This document shows, in pieces, positions 50,498-59,420 of a stretch of 64,000 nucleotides of DNA. Origin of the DNA: Candidatus Poribacteria bacterium (GTDB lineage Bacteria; Poribacteria; WGA-4E; WGA-3G); NCBI GenBank assembly GCA_965215265.1, contig OZ244048.1:1440001-1504000 (forward strand), in the 5' to 3' direction. The notes beneath the pieces are model-generated. The model was not told where the DNA came from. It ran no database searches and was given only the letters and a program-made list of their open reading frames with translations. The position numbers and the translations under genes are program-made. The number at the start of each line of letters is the position of its first letter. Position 1 is the stretch's first letter.

Positions 50498-50752
50498 TGA
50501 ATGATTCAAAACATAAACGGCTCCGATCTATAGATGGCATGTATAAGGTTATCCCAATCGGTTGGCAAGTTCGGTATTCTTGTCTCTCCTTGCCGGAGTG
50601 AAAAAGAATACCTATCCTGCCACTGCAATGTTAATAACTTTACAACACGAGCCATCAAAAGCATAAGCGGTGATGGTACGGAGATATACGAAAACACGAT
50701 ACACAGTGATTGACACAACATCAGGCATTGTGGGGCTCCAGTATACAAAAAA
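50498..50752. repeat. Composite intergenic repeat (modules shared with 52941-53222, 54068-54300, 55559-55687, 61654-61750)
   Basis: Exact shared strings, e.g. TGAATGATTCAAAACATAAACGGCTCCGA, ATACCTATCCTGCCACTG, ACACAGTGATTGACACAACATCAGGCATTGTGGGGCTCCAGTATACAAAAAA. Confidence 0.85.
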
Positions 50753-50779
50753 GCGAATCATAATATCAGAGAGGGAAAA

Positions 50780-51439
50780 ATGGCAAATCTAACTGTGGAT
50801 CTGAGGGCGTATAAAGACGGTTTACGTCTGATTGTTACGCCGAACCTATCAATGGATGAGATTTCAGCAGCCATTGCGGATGAATTAGCGCGGATGAATC
50901 AACCGTTAGCTGGTGTTTCGGTGCAGATAGACATAAACCCTCTGATCTTAAAGAAAGAAGTTTTGAATGACTTGAGAGTGGAGATAGAAGCGAGGCATGA
51001 CTTGCAGGTTCGCGGAGTGGACCTTCCGAAGAGGGCGTTAGGCGGGGATGGGTTTTCTACAACTATGCGGCAAGAGTCCGATTACCGGGCACGTAGGAGT
51101 ATGGAAAAGTCAAGGATTGTGCGTGAGACGATTCGATCCGGTCAAACCGAGACGTTTGCAGAAGGGAATCTCATTATATATGGTGATGTAAACCCTGGTG
51201 GAGAAGTGAGTGCAGGTGGAGATATAATTGTGTTGGGTGCACTGCGCGGTAGCGCGCATGCGGGCATGAACGGGAGATTATCTTCAGTTATTATCGCTAT
51301 GGATTTAGTGCCTTTGCAGCTTCAGATCGGCAATTATATTACCCGGCCCATGGTTGGCCAAAAGTCGCAAGGATATCCGGAGATTGCGCGTGTCGGTCCC
51401 CAGGATGTCATTACCGTTGAAGAATTTGTGAAAGTTTAA
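50780..51439 (+). CDS. minC: Septum site-determining protein MinC
   Basis: TIRSGQ, GDVNPGGEV, GDIIVLGALRGSAHAG. Confidence 0.93.
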   Translation: MANLTVDLRAYKDGLRLIVTPNLSMDEISAAIADELARMNQPLAGVSVQIDINPLILKKEVLNDLRVEIEARHDLQVRGVDLPKRALGGDGFSTTMRQESDYRARRSMEKSRIVRETIRSGQTETFAEGNLIIYGDVNPGGEVSAGGDIIVLGALRGSAHAGMNGRLSSVIIAMDLVPLQLQIGNYITRPMVGQKSQGYPEIARVGPQDVITVEEFVKV

Positions 51440-51453
51440 AGGGAGAATCGGCT

Positions 51454-52248
51454 ATGGGAAAGGTTATTGTAGTGACATCAGGAAAGGGGGGAGTGGGTAA
51501 AACGACTACAACTGCCAATTTAGGCACGGCCCTCACGCTCCTCGGAAAAACAGTGGCAATCGTTGACGCAGATGTCGGCCTGCGCAATCTGGATGTTGTT
51601 ATGGGGCTTGAGAGCCGTGTAATTTACACGTCAATGGATGTAATTGAAGGGCAGTGTGAATTGGATAGGGCTCTCGTAAAAGACAAACGGGTTGATGGTT
51701 TAGTGCTTCTCGCTGCATCACAGAAAAATAACAAGGACGACATTCAACCTGAACAGATGAAAACGATTTGTAACCATCTCGGTGAAAGATACGATTTTGT
51801 ATTGGTAGATTCACCAGCGGGGATTGAAAATGGGTTCCGAAATGCCGCTGCTGGGGCACAAGAGGGGCTGATTATCACAACACCGGATGTTTCGGCTATT
51901 CGTGATGCAGATCGTATTACGGGCTTGTTGCAACATATGGGCATTGAACCGCTAAACCTGATTCTTAACCGCGTATCGCCGGAGCTGGTTAGAAAAGGCA
52001 ACATGATGAGTCAGGCAGATGTTTTGAGTGTGTTAAACCTCAACCTCATCGGTGTGGTACCAGAAGACCGGGGCGTGATTGCTTCTACGAACCGTGGCAT
52101 CCCTTTGGTGCATAATAAAAGTTCTCAAGGCGCGCAAGCTTACATGCGGATTGCGCGACGTTTAATTGGACACCGCATCCCCATTCCTGAATTCCGTGAG
52201 AGAGGATTACTCTCAGGACTTCTTGATTTTTTTTCATTTGGAAGATAG
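51454..52248 (+). CDS. minD: Septum site-determining ATPase MinD
   Basis: VTSGKGGVGKTT, DVGLRNLD, DSPAGIE, IRDADR; C-terminal amphipathic LSGLLDFFSF. Confidence 0.97.
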   Translation: MGKVIVVTSGKGGVGKTTTTANLGTALTLLGKTVAIVDADVGLRNLDVVMGLESRVIYTSMDVIEGQCELDRALVKDKRVDGLVLLAASQKNNKDDIQPEQMKTICNHLGERYDFVLVDSPAGIENGFRNAAAGAQEGLIITTPDVSAIRDADRITGLLQHMGIEPLNLILNRVSPELVRKGNMMSQADVLSVLNLNLIGVVPEDRGVIASTNRGIPLVHNKSSQGAQAYMRIARRLIGHRIPIPEFRERGLLSGLLDFFSFGR

Positions 52249-52257
52249 GAAGTGACG

Positions 52258-52539
52258 ATGCGTAGCCTTATGGATATACTACGTAGCTTGAGTCAACTGT
52301 TTAGGCAGCAACAGCCGTCAAGTAAGATAGCGAAGGAACGGCTGAAACTGGTTATTTCACAAGATAGATTCGACATTGGCCAGGAGTCAATGCAGGAATT
52401 ACAAAAAGAGCTAATGGCCGTTTTGGCGAAACACTTTGATTTCACTACAGATTCCGTTCAGATATCCCTGAATCGGCGCGGCAATTCGTACGTGTTGATA
52501 GCAGATTTTCCGCATTCAAATAGGAAACAGCCGGATTAA
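52258..52539 (+). CDS. minE: Cell division topological specificity factor MinE (copy 1)
   Basis: SSKIAKERLKLVISQDR; directly after minD. Confidence 0.9.
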   Translation: MRSLMDILRSLSQLFRQQQPSSKIAKERLKLVISQDRFDIGQESMQELQKELMAVLAKHFDFTTDSVQISLNRRGNSYVLIADFPHSNRKQPD

Positions 52540-52636
52540 AGTTTTTCAAGTTCTGCTTTCGATTTCATCTATAGCCGGCTTAAACGATGTTGAGACTCGT
52601 AACATAAAAAATATTCAAATTGGATAGGAGGGCCTT

Positions 52637-52885
52637 ATGAAATTTATGCAATTCTTTGCAAGGCGAACCAAATCAAACGAAATTGCACGTCAGCGGTTGA
52701 AATTGGTTATTACACAAGACAGATTCCTCGCTGACGACCGGGATATGAAAAAGCTTCACCATGAATTAACAGAGGTGCTTGCAAAGTACTTCGAATTCAC
52801 GATGAACTCGGTTCAGATGTCCTTAAAACAGGAAGGGAATTCCTATGTATTAATAGCGGATTTTCCTTATGAAGGGCTACGTTAA
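52637..52885 (+). CDS. minE: Cell division topological specificity factor MinE (copy 2)
   Basis: SNEIARQRLKLVITQDR, EVLAKYF; AGGAGG SD. Confidence 0.9.
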   Translation: MKFMQFFARRTKSNEIARQRLKLVITQDRFLADDRDMKKLHHELTEVLAKYFEFTMNSVQMSLKQEGNSYVLIADFPYEGLR

Positions 52886-52940
52886 GGCTTCGTGTAGATT
52901 TTTTTTGTGTTTGAGAAATATCTTTGTGACCGGGGCAACC

Positions 52941-53005
52941 CAGTGGGTGGCAGGTAAAAGGTTATCTTGTCTCATGGACAGACAAAGATACCTATCCTGC
53001 CACTG
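52941..53005. repeat. Imperfect palindromic REP/MITE-like element
   Basis: GTGGCAGGTAAAAGGTTATCTTGTCT...AGACAAAGATACCTATCCTGCCAC; related copies at ~50561-50625, 55559-55590, 61654-61720. Confidence 0.8.
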
Positions 53006-53224
53006 TCGCAATAAAGTGGCGTTCCAGGGACTAAAAAACGTGTGATGGCGGATAGCGAGTTCGTCGGGAGAAAACTGTTCGGCATCAGGGTGGGGATCCT
53101 GCGGAGATTGAGGAGCTTGCACGAAAAGTGATTGAAGAATCATAACCTAGAATGGCTCCGACGAGATTTATACACGAGCTGTCAATACCTAAGCGTTGAT
53201 CGTACGGAGATATACGAAAAAAGT

Positions 53225-54022
53225 TCAGAGGATTCGCTTCCAAATTGCGTGCGCGACTCCGTCTTCATCATTGGTTGCGGTGATGTAATCGGCGCAATCT
53301 TTAATCGGCCTGACAGCGTTCTCCATGGCGATGGCATATCCTGCGGTTTTGAGGAGGCTCTCGTCGTTGTAGCTATCACCGAAAGCGATGACGTTCTGGA
53401 TATTGATATTGAATTGGCTTGCAAGTGCACGTAGGGCCCTGCCTTTTGTAACACTCGGATTCATGAATTCGATATATTCGGGTTGCGTCTGTGTGACGTA
53501 GAGTTTGTTTACATAATTCGTTTTGAAACTGTTTAGAAGTTTTTGAATGTTCGGTTGGTGTATAATTAGCAATTTTGTAGGGGTTTCGCCGGCCAACTGA
53601 CGCAGATCGCCAATGGGTGTTGCGGGGACACCTGTCCGATGTTCATAGAGTTCCGTCCATGCGTTGTGTTCTGCGACGTAAAGTTCGTCGTTTAAGCAGA
53701 AGTTGAGATGCAGGTTCTGCATGATGCAATCGTTAACAATTTGCATGGCATAGTCTGCAGGTACTGGGGTGTGATGGTAAACCTGTCCAGTTATAGCGTG
53801 CTTAACCATTCCGCCGTTATAGGAAATAATTGGATTTTGTAGTCCAATCTGTGTGCTAATGGGCAGTATAGAACGGTGCATTCTTCCGGAGATGAGGACG
53901 ACGAGTATGTCGTTTTCGACGAGTGCCTGAAGTGCTTTCTGGTTTTCAGGTGATACTGTATGTTCGCTGTTCAATAGGGTGCCGTCTAAGTCAAAGGCGG
54001 CTAATTCACAAGGTATTTTCAT
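53225..54022 (-). CDS. Cof-type HAD-IIB family hydrolase
   Basis: FDLDGTLL, SGR, TKGRAL, AFGDSYND. Confidence 0.93.
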   Translation of the reverse strand: MKIPCELAAFDLDGTLLNSEHTVSPENQKALQALVENDILVVLISGRMHRSILPISTQIGLQNPIISYNGGMVKHAITGQVYHHTPVPADYAMQIVNDCIMQNLHLNFCLNDELYVAEHNAWTELYEHRTGVPATPIGDLRQLAGETPTKLLIIHQPNIQKLLNSFKTNYVNKLYVTQTQPEYIEFMNPSVTKGRALRALASQFNINIQNVIAFGDSYNDESLLKTAGYAIAMENAVRPIKDCADYITATNDEDGVAHAIWKRIL

Positions 54023-54067
54023 ATTTTTCTCAATTTTTCGTATATTTCAGCAGGTCAACGTCTGATG

Positions 54068-54247
54068 TTTTTTCGTATATCTCAGTACCGTCACCGCTTA
54101 TGTATTAACGGGCGTGTGTAAATCTCGTTTTTTCGTATATCTCAGTACCATCACCGCTTATGTATTAACGGGCGTGTGTAAATCTCGTTTTTTCGTATAT
54201 CTCAGTACCATCACCGCTTATGTATTAACGGGCGTGTGTAAATCTCG
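54068..54247. repeat. 60-bp tandem repeat x3
   Basis: TTTTTTCGTATATCTCAGTACC(G/A)TCACCGCTTATGTATTAACGGGCGTGTGTAAATCTCG in three copies; diverged inverted copy at 53162-53222. Confidence 0.95.
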
Positions 54248-54423
54248 TCGGAGCCGTTCGCGGTTTAGATTCAATACATCGAAGGGCTCTGACGAGATTT
54301 GTACAGGTTTTTACATAACAAACGCCTTTATTGGGCTCCTGTAGACGAAAAAAGCGAGATTTGGAAAAGGGGTAACATTACAATTGCCTTTGTTGTGCTA
54401 CAGTAGACGAAAACTCGCAACTT

Positions 54424-55545
54424 TTATTTTGCGAGTGCTTGTTCGGTTTGCGGATGGAACAGATGGATATGCTCATCATCAAAATCTAGCCAGAGGGTTT
54501 GCTCCACAGCAGCTGCAAAAGAGGGATGCGTTCTGACGCGTAGGAGGATAGGTTCGGCAGTTTGGCTGTGCGTTCCGAGGCGGATATCCAAGATGTTTGC
54601 GGAACCGAGGGGTTCCACGAGATGCACTTCTGCGGGAATCTTTCGATTGCCTGGTTCTCGCGTTGCTTGAATATGCTCTGGTCGGATACCGAAGACGAGG
54701 TTGTTGCTAACCTGAGCTGCGTTCAGCCGTGCTTGTTGTTTGTGTGAAAGCGTGAGGTGTACATCGGTATGACTTAGGCGTAACACAGCATCGCCGTTGA
54801 GCGAGGTGCGTTCTGCATCGAGTAGGTTCATGGTGGGCATCCCCATGAAACCGGCGACGAAGAGGTTTTTGGGTTGATTATAGATCTGGTGTGGTGTGCC
54901 GATTTGTTGTAGCATACCTTGGTGGATGACTGCGATTCTGTCGGCGAGTGACATAGCTTCAACCTGGTCGTGGGTAACGAAGAGGGTTGTTGCGCCGATT
55001 TCGCGTTGTAGCCGTTTTATTTCGGCGCGTGTATCGACCCTGCGTTTGGCATCAAGATTTGCCATAGGTTCATCGAGGAGATAGACTTTCGGTTGTCGTA
55101 CCATGGCACGGCCGAGTGCGACGCGCTGCATCTCGCCGCCACTCAACATATTCGGCTTCCGATTTAGCATTTCACCGATCTGGAGTGTTGCTGCAACTCG
55201 CTTCACGCGTTCGTCTATTTCTGATTTTTCGACTTTTACGGCTTTGAGCGGAAACGCAATGTTATCGTAGACGGTGAGATGTGGGTAGAGGGCGTAAAAC
55301 TGGAAGACGAACGCGATATCCCTGTCTGCAGGTGAGAGCTCGTTGACGCGCTGCCCATCAATGAGAATATCCCCTTCTTCTGGGTGTTCCAATCCTGCGA
55401 TTAAGCGGAGCGTGGTTGTTTTCCCGCAGCCCGAGGGACCTAGGAATACTACAAATTCCGTATCTTCAATTTCCAGATTAAAATTTTTGACAGCAACGAA
55501 ATCGCCGAAGCGTTTCGTCACGTTTTCAATCTTGATGTTTGCCAT
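54424..55545 (-). CDS. Sugar ABC transporter ATP-binding protein (MalK/UgpC-like)
   Basis: GPSGCGKTT, LSGGEMQRVALGR, LLDEP, VTHDQVEA, TOBE tail. Confidence 0.93.
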   Translation of the reverse strand: MANIKIENVTKRFGDFVAVKNFNLEIEDTEFVVFLGPSGCGKTTTLRLIAGLEHPEEGDILIDGQRVNELSPADRDIAFVFQFYALYPHLTVYDNIAFPLKAVKVEKSEIDERVKRVAATLQIGEMLNRKPNMLSGGEMQRVALGRAMVRQPKVYLLDEPMANLDAKRRVDTRAEIKRLQREIGATTLFVTHDQVEAMSLADRIAVIHQGMLQQIGTPHQIYNQPKNLFVAGFMGMPTMNLLDAERTSLNGDAVLRLSHTDVHLTLSHKQQARLNAAQVSNNLVFGIRPEHIQATREPGNRKIPAEVHLVEPLGSANILDIRLGTHSQTAEPILLRVRTHPSFAAAVEQTLWLDFDDEHIHLFHPQTEQALAK

Positions 55546-55687
55546 TTTGACTTGACTCCAGTGAGTGGTAGGTAAAAGGTAATCTTGTCTGTCCTAATTG
55601 AATGATTCAAAACATAAACGGCTCCGACGAGATGTACACAGTGATTGACACAACATCAGGCATTGTGGGGCTCCAGTATACAAAAAA

Positions 55688-55960
55688 CGGTGTTTTCCAG
55701 TTCCTTATCCGCGTCTGCGTGTCCGCACATGAACCGTTCTGTGATATTCGGCAGGGTGACCCCGGTTAATGTCGAGTCCCCAGGAACGGATGCGTTTTTT
55801 GATTTTCAGCAATTCGTCTAGTTCAGGGTACCCCTGCTCCTTTACCCCTGGAAAAGCGGATCCGTTTCCAAAATCTATGCAGTCTGCCCCGAGTTGCGTG
55901 ACTTGTCTCAGATAGGTATCTGTAAGTCCTCCATCCCACACTGAAATTGGAAAAGCAATT
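55688..55960 (-). pseudogene. Truncated, frameshifted mannonate dehydratase (UxuA)-like fragment
   Basis: LRQVTQLGADCIDF..FPGVKEQGYPELDEL..IRSWGLDINR; frameshift in a GGGG run then VTLPNITERFM; cut off by the repeat at 55687; no in-frame ATG after the GAGGAGG SD. Confidence 0.6.
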
Positions 55961-55973
55961 CCTCCTCTAGATA

Positions 55974-56981
55974 CTATAATGGCAATTTTACAGTGTTGCC
56001 TGTTTGAACAGATTGATATGCTGCCAGAGCGATTTCGACAGCAGCACGGCCATCAGTACCTACAATAGGCGGTGATGTATTGTTCCGAATTGCGTTTACG
56101 AAGACACGAATTTCTTCTTGTACGGGTGGCGGGACTTCGATATCGGCAATTTTGATCTGTCGTGCTTCGCCGTCAAACGGTTTAATCTGAATGGTTGCGT
56201 GCTGGCCCCAAATCTGTGGAAAATAGATGGAGCCGCCTTCACAATCAACCCGGCCGCCATATCCGCCAACGGCGGAGACGTGGCTGGAGTGGAGCAAACC
56301 GACGGCCCCGTTCTTGAATTTTAATGAGGCGAGGACAACATCCGGATAGTCACTCTCGTTTTGGATGTACTGTCCGCCGGTTGCCGAGACGTACTCGACA
56401 TCGCCGCAAGTCCAGCGCATAAAATCAATTTCATGGGCGTTTATTTCCATGAGGCTCCCGCCGGATTTTGCGCGTTCCAATCGCCATGGGGTATGATATC
56501 CGCCGCTTCTCCACGGTCCGCCAATTCGATGTACCATCATGCAGACAGGTGTACCGAGTTCGCCGCTGTGTACAATCTGATGTACTGATGCATGCGTGGC
56601 GTGGTATCGACAGACGAGGCCGATAGTGAGTTTAACGCTGTTTTGGGCCGCGGCGGCTATCATAGCATCGCAATCGTCTAGTGTGGGTGCCATCGGTTTT
56701 TCTGAAAAGACGTGCTTTCCGGCGTTCGCTGCGTCAACAGCCATCGGACTGTGGAGAAACGGTGGTGATGCAATAAAGACTGCGTGAATGCTGTCATCGG
56801 CGAGCAGTTGGTGGTAGTCGGTGGTGTAGGCTGCATCAAGCTCGTCCGCAAGTTTTTTGGCGAGTTCTGCCTGTAAATCGCTAACACAGATTACCTCTAT
56901 GCCTTCGACTGCTTGTGCGCTGGTAGCAAGACTTCTGCCCATGCCTCCACAACCTATAACCCCAATTCCAATAGTATCCAT
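55974..56981 (-). CDS. Gfo/Idh/MocA family oxidoreductase
   Basis: GVIGCGGMG, GKHVFSEKPMA, SGGSLMEINAHEID. Confidence 0.92.
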   Translation of the reverse strand: MDTIGIGVIGCGGMGRSLATSAQAVEGIEVICVSDLQAELAKKLADELDAAYTTDYHQLLADDSIHAVFIASPPFLHSPMAVDAANAGKHVFSEKPMAPTLDDCDAMIAAAAQNSVKLTIGLVCRYHATHASVHQIVHSGELGTPVCMMVHRIGGPWRSGGYHTPWRLERAKSGGSLMEINAHEIDFMRWTCGDVEYVSATGGQYIQNESDYPDVVLASLKFKNGAVGLLHSSHVSAVGGYGGRVDCEGGSIYFPQIWGQHATIQIKPFDGEARQIKIADIEVPPPVQEEIRVFVNAIRNNTSPPIVGTDGRAAVEIALAAYQSVQTGNTVKLPL

Positions 56982-57009
56982 AATTTTCTCCAAAGTACTG
57001 TGTGCGATG

Positions 57010-57852
57010 CTATCTTCGCTTTGCTTTGATGTGTGCCCATGTGAGGCTCAAGAGGTTTGCCTGAGGTCGGACATCAAGTCCAGTAGCTCTCATATTATTC
57101 TGAACTTCAGCTGCGCTCAGGGCGCGTTCATAGATTCGGAATTCGTCAATATAACCTTGGACGGTATCGCAATCACAGCCGTCAGAGCGGTCTCCGATGC
57201 TGAGAAGGAGTCCCCCTTTAGGGATTTTACCGCCTTTCATGGCGTATTTTTTCTCTAGTTTTCCGTTGACGTAGTAATGGACGGTGTCCCCGTCGTAAGT
57301 TCCGGCGAGGTGTAGCCACTGCTCAAGGGGTATATCTTCGAGGACGTTATCTTGTGCGGCTTGTGTTGATTTTCCGCCGGCGCGGATGAAAAAGCCGTGT
57401 TGGTTGTCGTCATCGTCGTAATAGAGGCTAGCAACTGCGCTGTTTGTAGGCATATCGTCAAGTGAGATAATTCGGTTCCAGCTGTCGTCTAATGCATTGA
57501 TGTAGACCCAGCATTCGAGGGTAATCTCCTCCCAATCTCGGTCTATTTTGGGTGGGTCAGCGTCCTCGACGAGTAGGTAGTCGACACTCCCATCAAATAG
57601 GATACATTCGCCGAGCTTGCAATCGTCGGCGGATGCGAGTTCGGGATCTCCTTTGACAGTGGCACTCAAGCCGGCGACTATATCTTCTGCCTGCTTCTTG
57701 ATTTGCACTGTCTCTTTATCAAATGACCAGTATGCAACCAATCCGTTTTCAACAGCTCCAACAATCGCGTAGATAGGTGTAGCGTTGGCGAAGAGGAAGC
57801 AGAAAAGGGTGATTGTGAAGTTCTTTCTCCAGGAGTTCTCTTTTAGGAGCAT
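57010..57852 (-). CDS. Secreted LamG / concanavalin A-like domain protein
   Basis: Signal peptide, GLVAYWSFD, TLECWV, WLHLAGTYDG, YVNG, GYIDEFRIYERALS; tail LDVRPQANLLSLTWAHIK. Confidence 0.88.
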   Translation of the reverse strand: MLLKENSWRKNFTITLFCFLFANATPIYAIVGAVENGLVAYWSFDKETVQIKKQAEDIVAGLSATVKGDPELASADDCKLGECILFDGSVDYLLVEDADPPKIDRDWEEITLECWVYINALDDSWNRIISLDDMPTNSAVASLYYDDDDNQHGFFIRAGGKSTQAAQDNVLEDIPLEQWLHLAGTYDGDTVHYYVNGKLEKKYAMKGGKIPKGGLLLSIGDRSDGCDCDTVQGYIDEFRIYERALSAAEVQNNMRATGLDVRPQANLLSLTWAHIKAKRR

Positions 57853-57940
57853 GATGTCCTCCATGTGTCTATATGCTAAAACGTTGTAAGGTCTCGGTAT
57901 TAGGTTGCCACAAACAATATGGTTGCTTCCCTATTTCGGA

Positions 57941-59335
57941 TTAGACCAAGTCTCGCATTGCCCGTTCTCGCCGGTCAGCGATTTGGCGTTCTCGTTCTTC
58001 GTCGGAGAGTTGTCCGGGCGGTTCTTGGGTAATTGCGCGGTATTCGGCGACTTCACTTCTTCGCTTAAAGACACGGAAGAAGTCGAAACGGGTTAAGGTT
58101 GCGGGTATATTTCCTGGGCACAATGCGTGCAAACCGACAGAGACACGGTGTCCCATTCCGACATTGGTCTGCCCGCAGCTTCTCCACTGAATTCCGTCTC
58201 CGCTTGCAAAAGAAGAGAACTGATTGCCCCTGCGCTCGATTCGTAGGAAGAGTTCGCGTGCGTTGCGGAGTCCGCCGCCGCGTCCGCGGAGATGGAAGGC
58301 ACGGTTGACGTGACGTTCAAAACGGACATCGCCGCGGAATGCGTGGGGTCCGGAGGTTTTTTCTAAGCGTAGGAATCGGTTTGGGTTTTTCCAAACAAGC
58401 AATCCTCCGTGTTCGCGTTGTTGGGATGTGATGCGCATGCGGGTTTCAATAGCGAAGTCGCCTTCAATGTCCATGAGGAGCCGTGGTGCGCTCATATCGC
58501 CGCCTCTGCCGTTGGGTCCGTGCCAGAGATCTTGCCCGGGCTCTGTGCGCATTTCTAAGTAGCCTTGCCGTTCAGCCCATGCCCCGCCGCCCTTCGGATC
58601 TTCCCAACGCCACTGTGGGTTCATCCGATTGCCGATAAATTCATCTTCAAAAACCATCTCTGTAAATTCACCAGAGGATGCCCATCCTTCAATTTTAATG
58701 GCAGAGATCGAGTCCCCAAAATTCTGAGGGAGTAGATGGAGGTTTGGCAATTCCTTTTTGTATTCGGATGGTTCCATGCGTACGTGTAGGCTCGCGCCTT
58801 CAAAATCGGGATGCTCATAGAAGACGACCTCGGCACCGTCACGTGGAAAGTCGGGACCCTTAAAGATGCGAATGGACGAAATCCTATCTTCAAACCATGT
58901 GCGTCCCTGCGCATCTCGCAAGTTGGCAATATCACGCAGGATGGTGATTTTTTGCCCACGAAATTCTACATGCTGGTAACAGTCAACAATAAGCGGTATA
59001 GTGCCCCATTCTGGTCCGACTACCTCTAGTGTGGAGCCGAAGCTAATGGATGAGATCCTATCAGCGAAATTGTAGGAGGTGTCATGCAAGTTAGGGTAAA
59101 ATCCGGGTCCAAGGGCTAGTTTTTTTCCTTTGAAGTCGCGGTGTTGATGAAGGATAACTTTGTAGTTGGGGTTTGATGAGAAGTTGGGCCCTTTGTAAAT
59201 GCGAAGCGAGGATATATTATCTTGGAACCCAATTGTACCTGTAAACGGAACAGGTTCGATCACATAACCCATTCTACCGCGGAAGTTTGTATGTTGAAAG
59301 ACTTCAACGACAAGACGGGGGATGACGATTGGCAT
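57941..59335 (-). CDS. Beta/gamma-crystallin domain protein fused to a DUF1349-like beta-sandwich
   Basis: Four Greek-key motifs (FQHTNFRG..ISSLRI; HQHRDFKG..ISSI; YQHVEFRG..ISSIRI; YEHPDFEG..ISAIKI), then DLW..APRLL..GDF..GGLLVW..LRIERRG..SGDG. Confidence 0.8.
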   Translation of the reverse strand: MPIVIPRLVVEVFQHTNFRGRMGYVIEPVPFTGTIGFQDNISSLRIYKGPNFSSNPNYKVILHQHRDFKGKKLALGPGFYPNLHDTSYNFADRISSISFGSTLEVVGPEWGTIPLIVDCYQHVEFRGQKITILRDIANLRDAQGRTWFEDRISSIRIFKGPDFPRDGAEVVFYEHPDFEGASLHVRMEPSEYKKELPNLHLLPQNFGDSISAIKIEGWASSGEFTEMVFEDEFIGNRMNPQWRWEDPKGGGAWAERQGYLEMRTEPGQDLWHGPNGRGGDMSAPRLLMDIEGDFAIETRMRITSQQREHGGLLVWKNPNRFLRLEKTSGPHAFRGDVRFERHVNRAFHLRGRGGGLRNARELFLRIERRGNQFSSFASGDGIQWRSCGQTNVGMGHRVSVGLHALCPGNIPATLTRFDFFRVFKRRSEVAEYRAITQEPPGQLSDEERERQIADRRERAMRDLV

Positions 59336-59420
59336 TGTTTTCTCCTTGTTCTTCAAGTCTATTTAGTTAGCGTAAAAAGAGAACTGTGCTTTTTTGTTAA
59401 TTTCATTGTGTATTTTCTGA

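Noticed and set aside
54068-54247. 60-bp repeats as a second CRISPR array
   Set aside because: Units are head-to-tail with no unique spacers.
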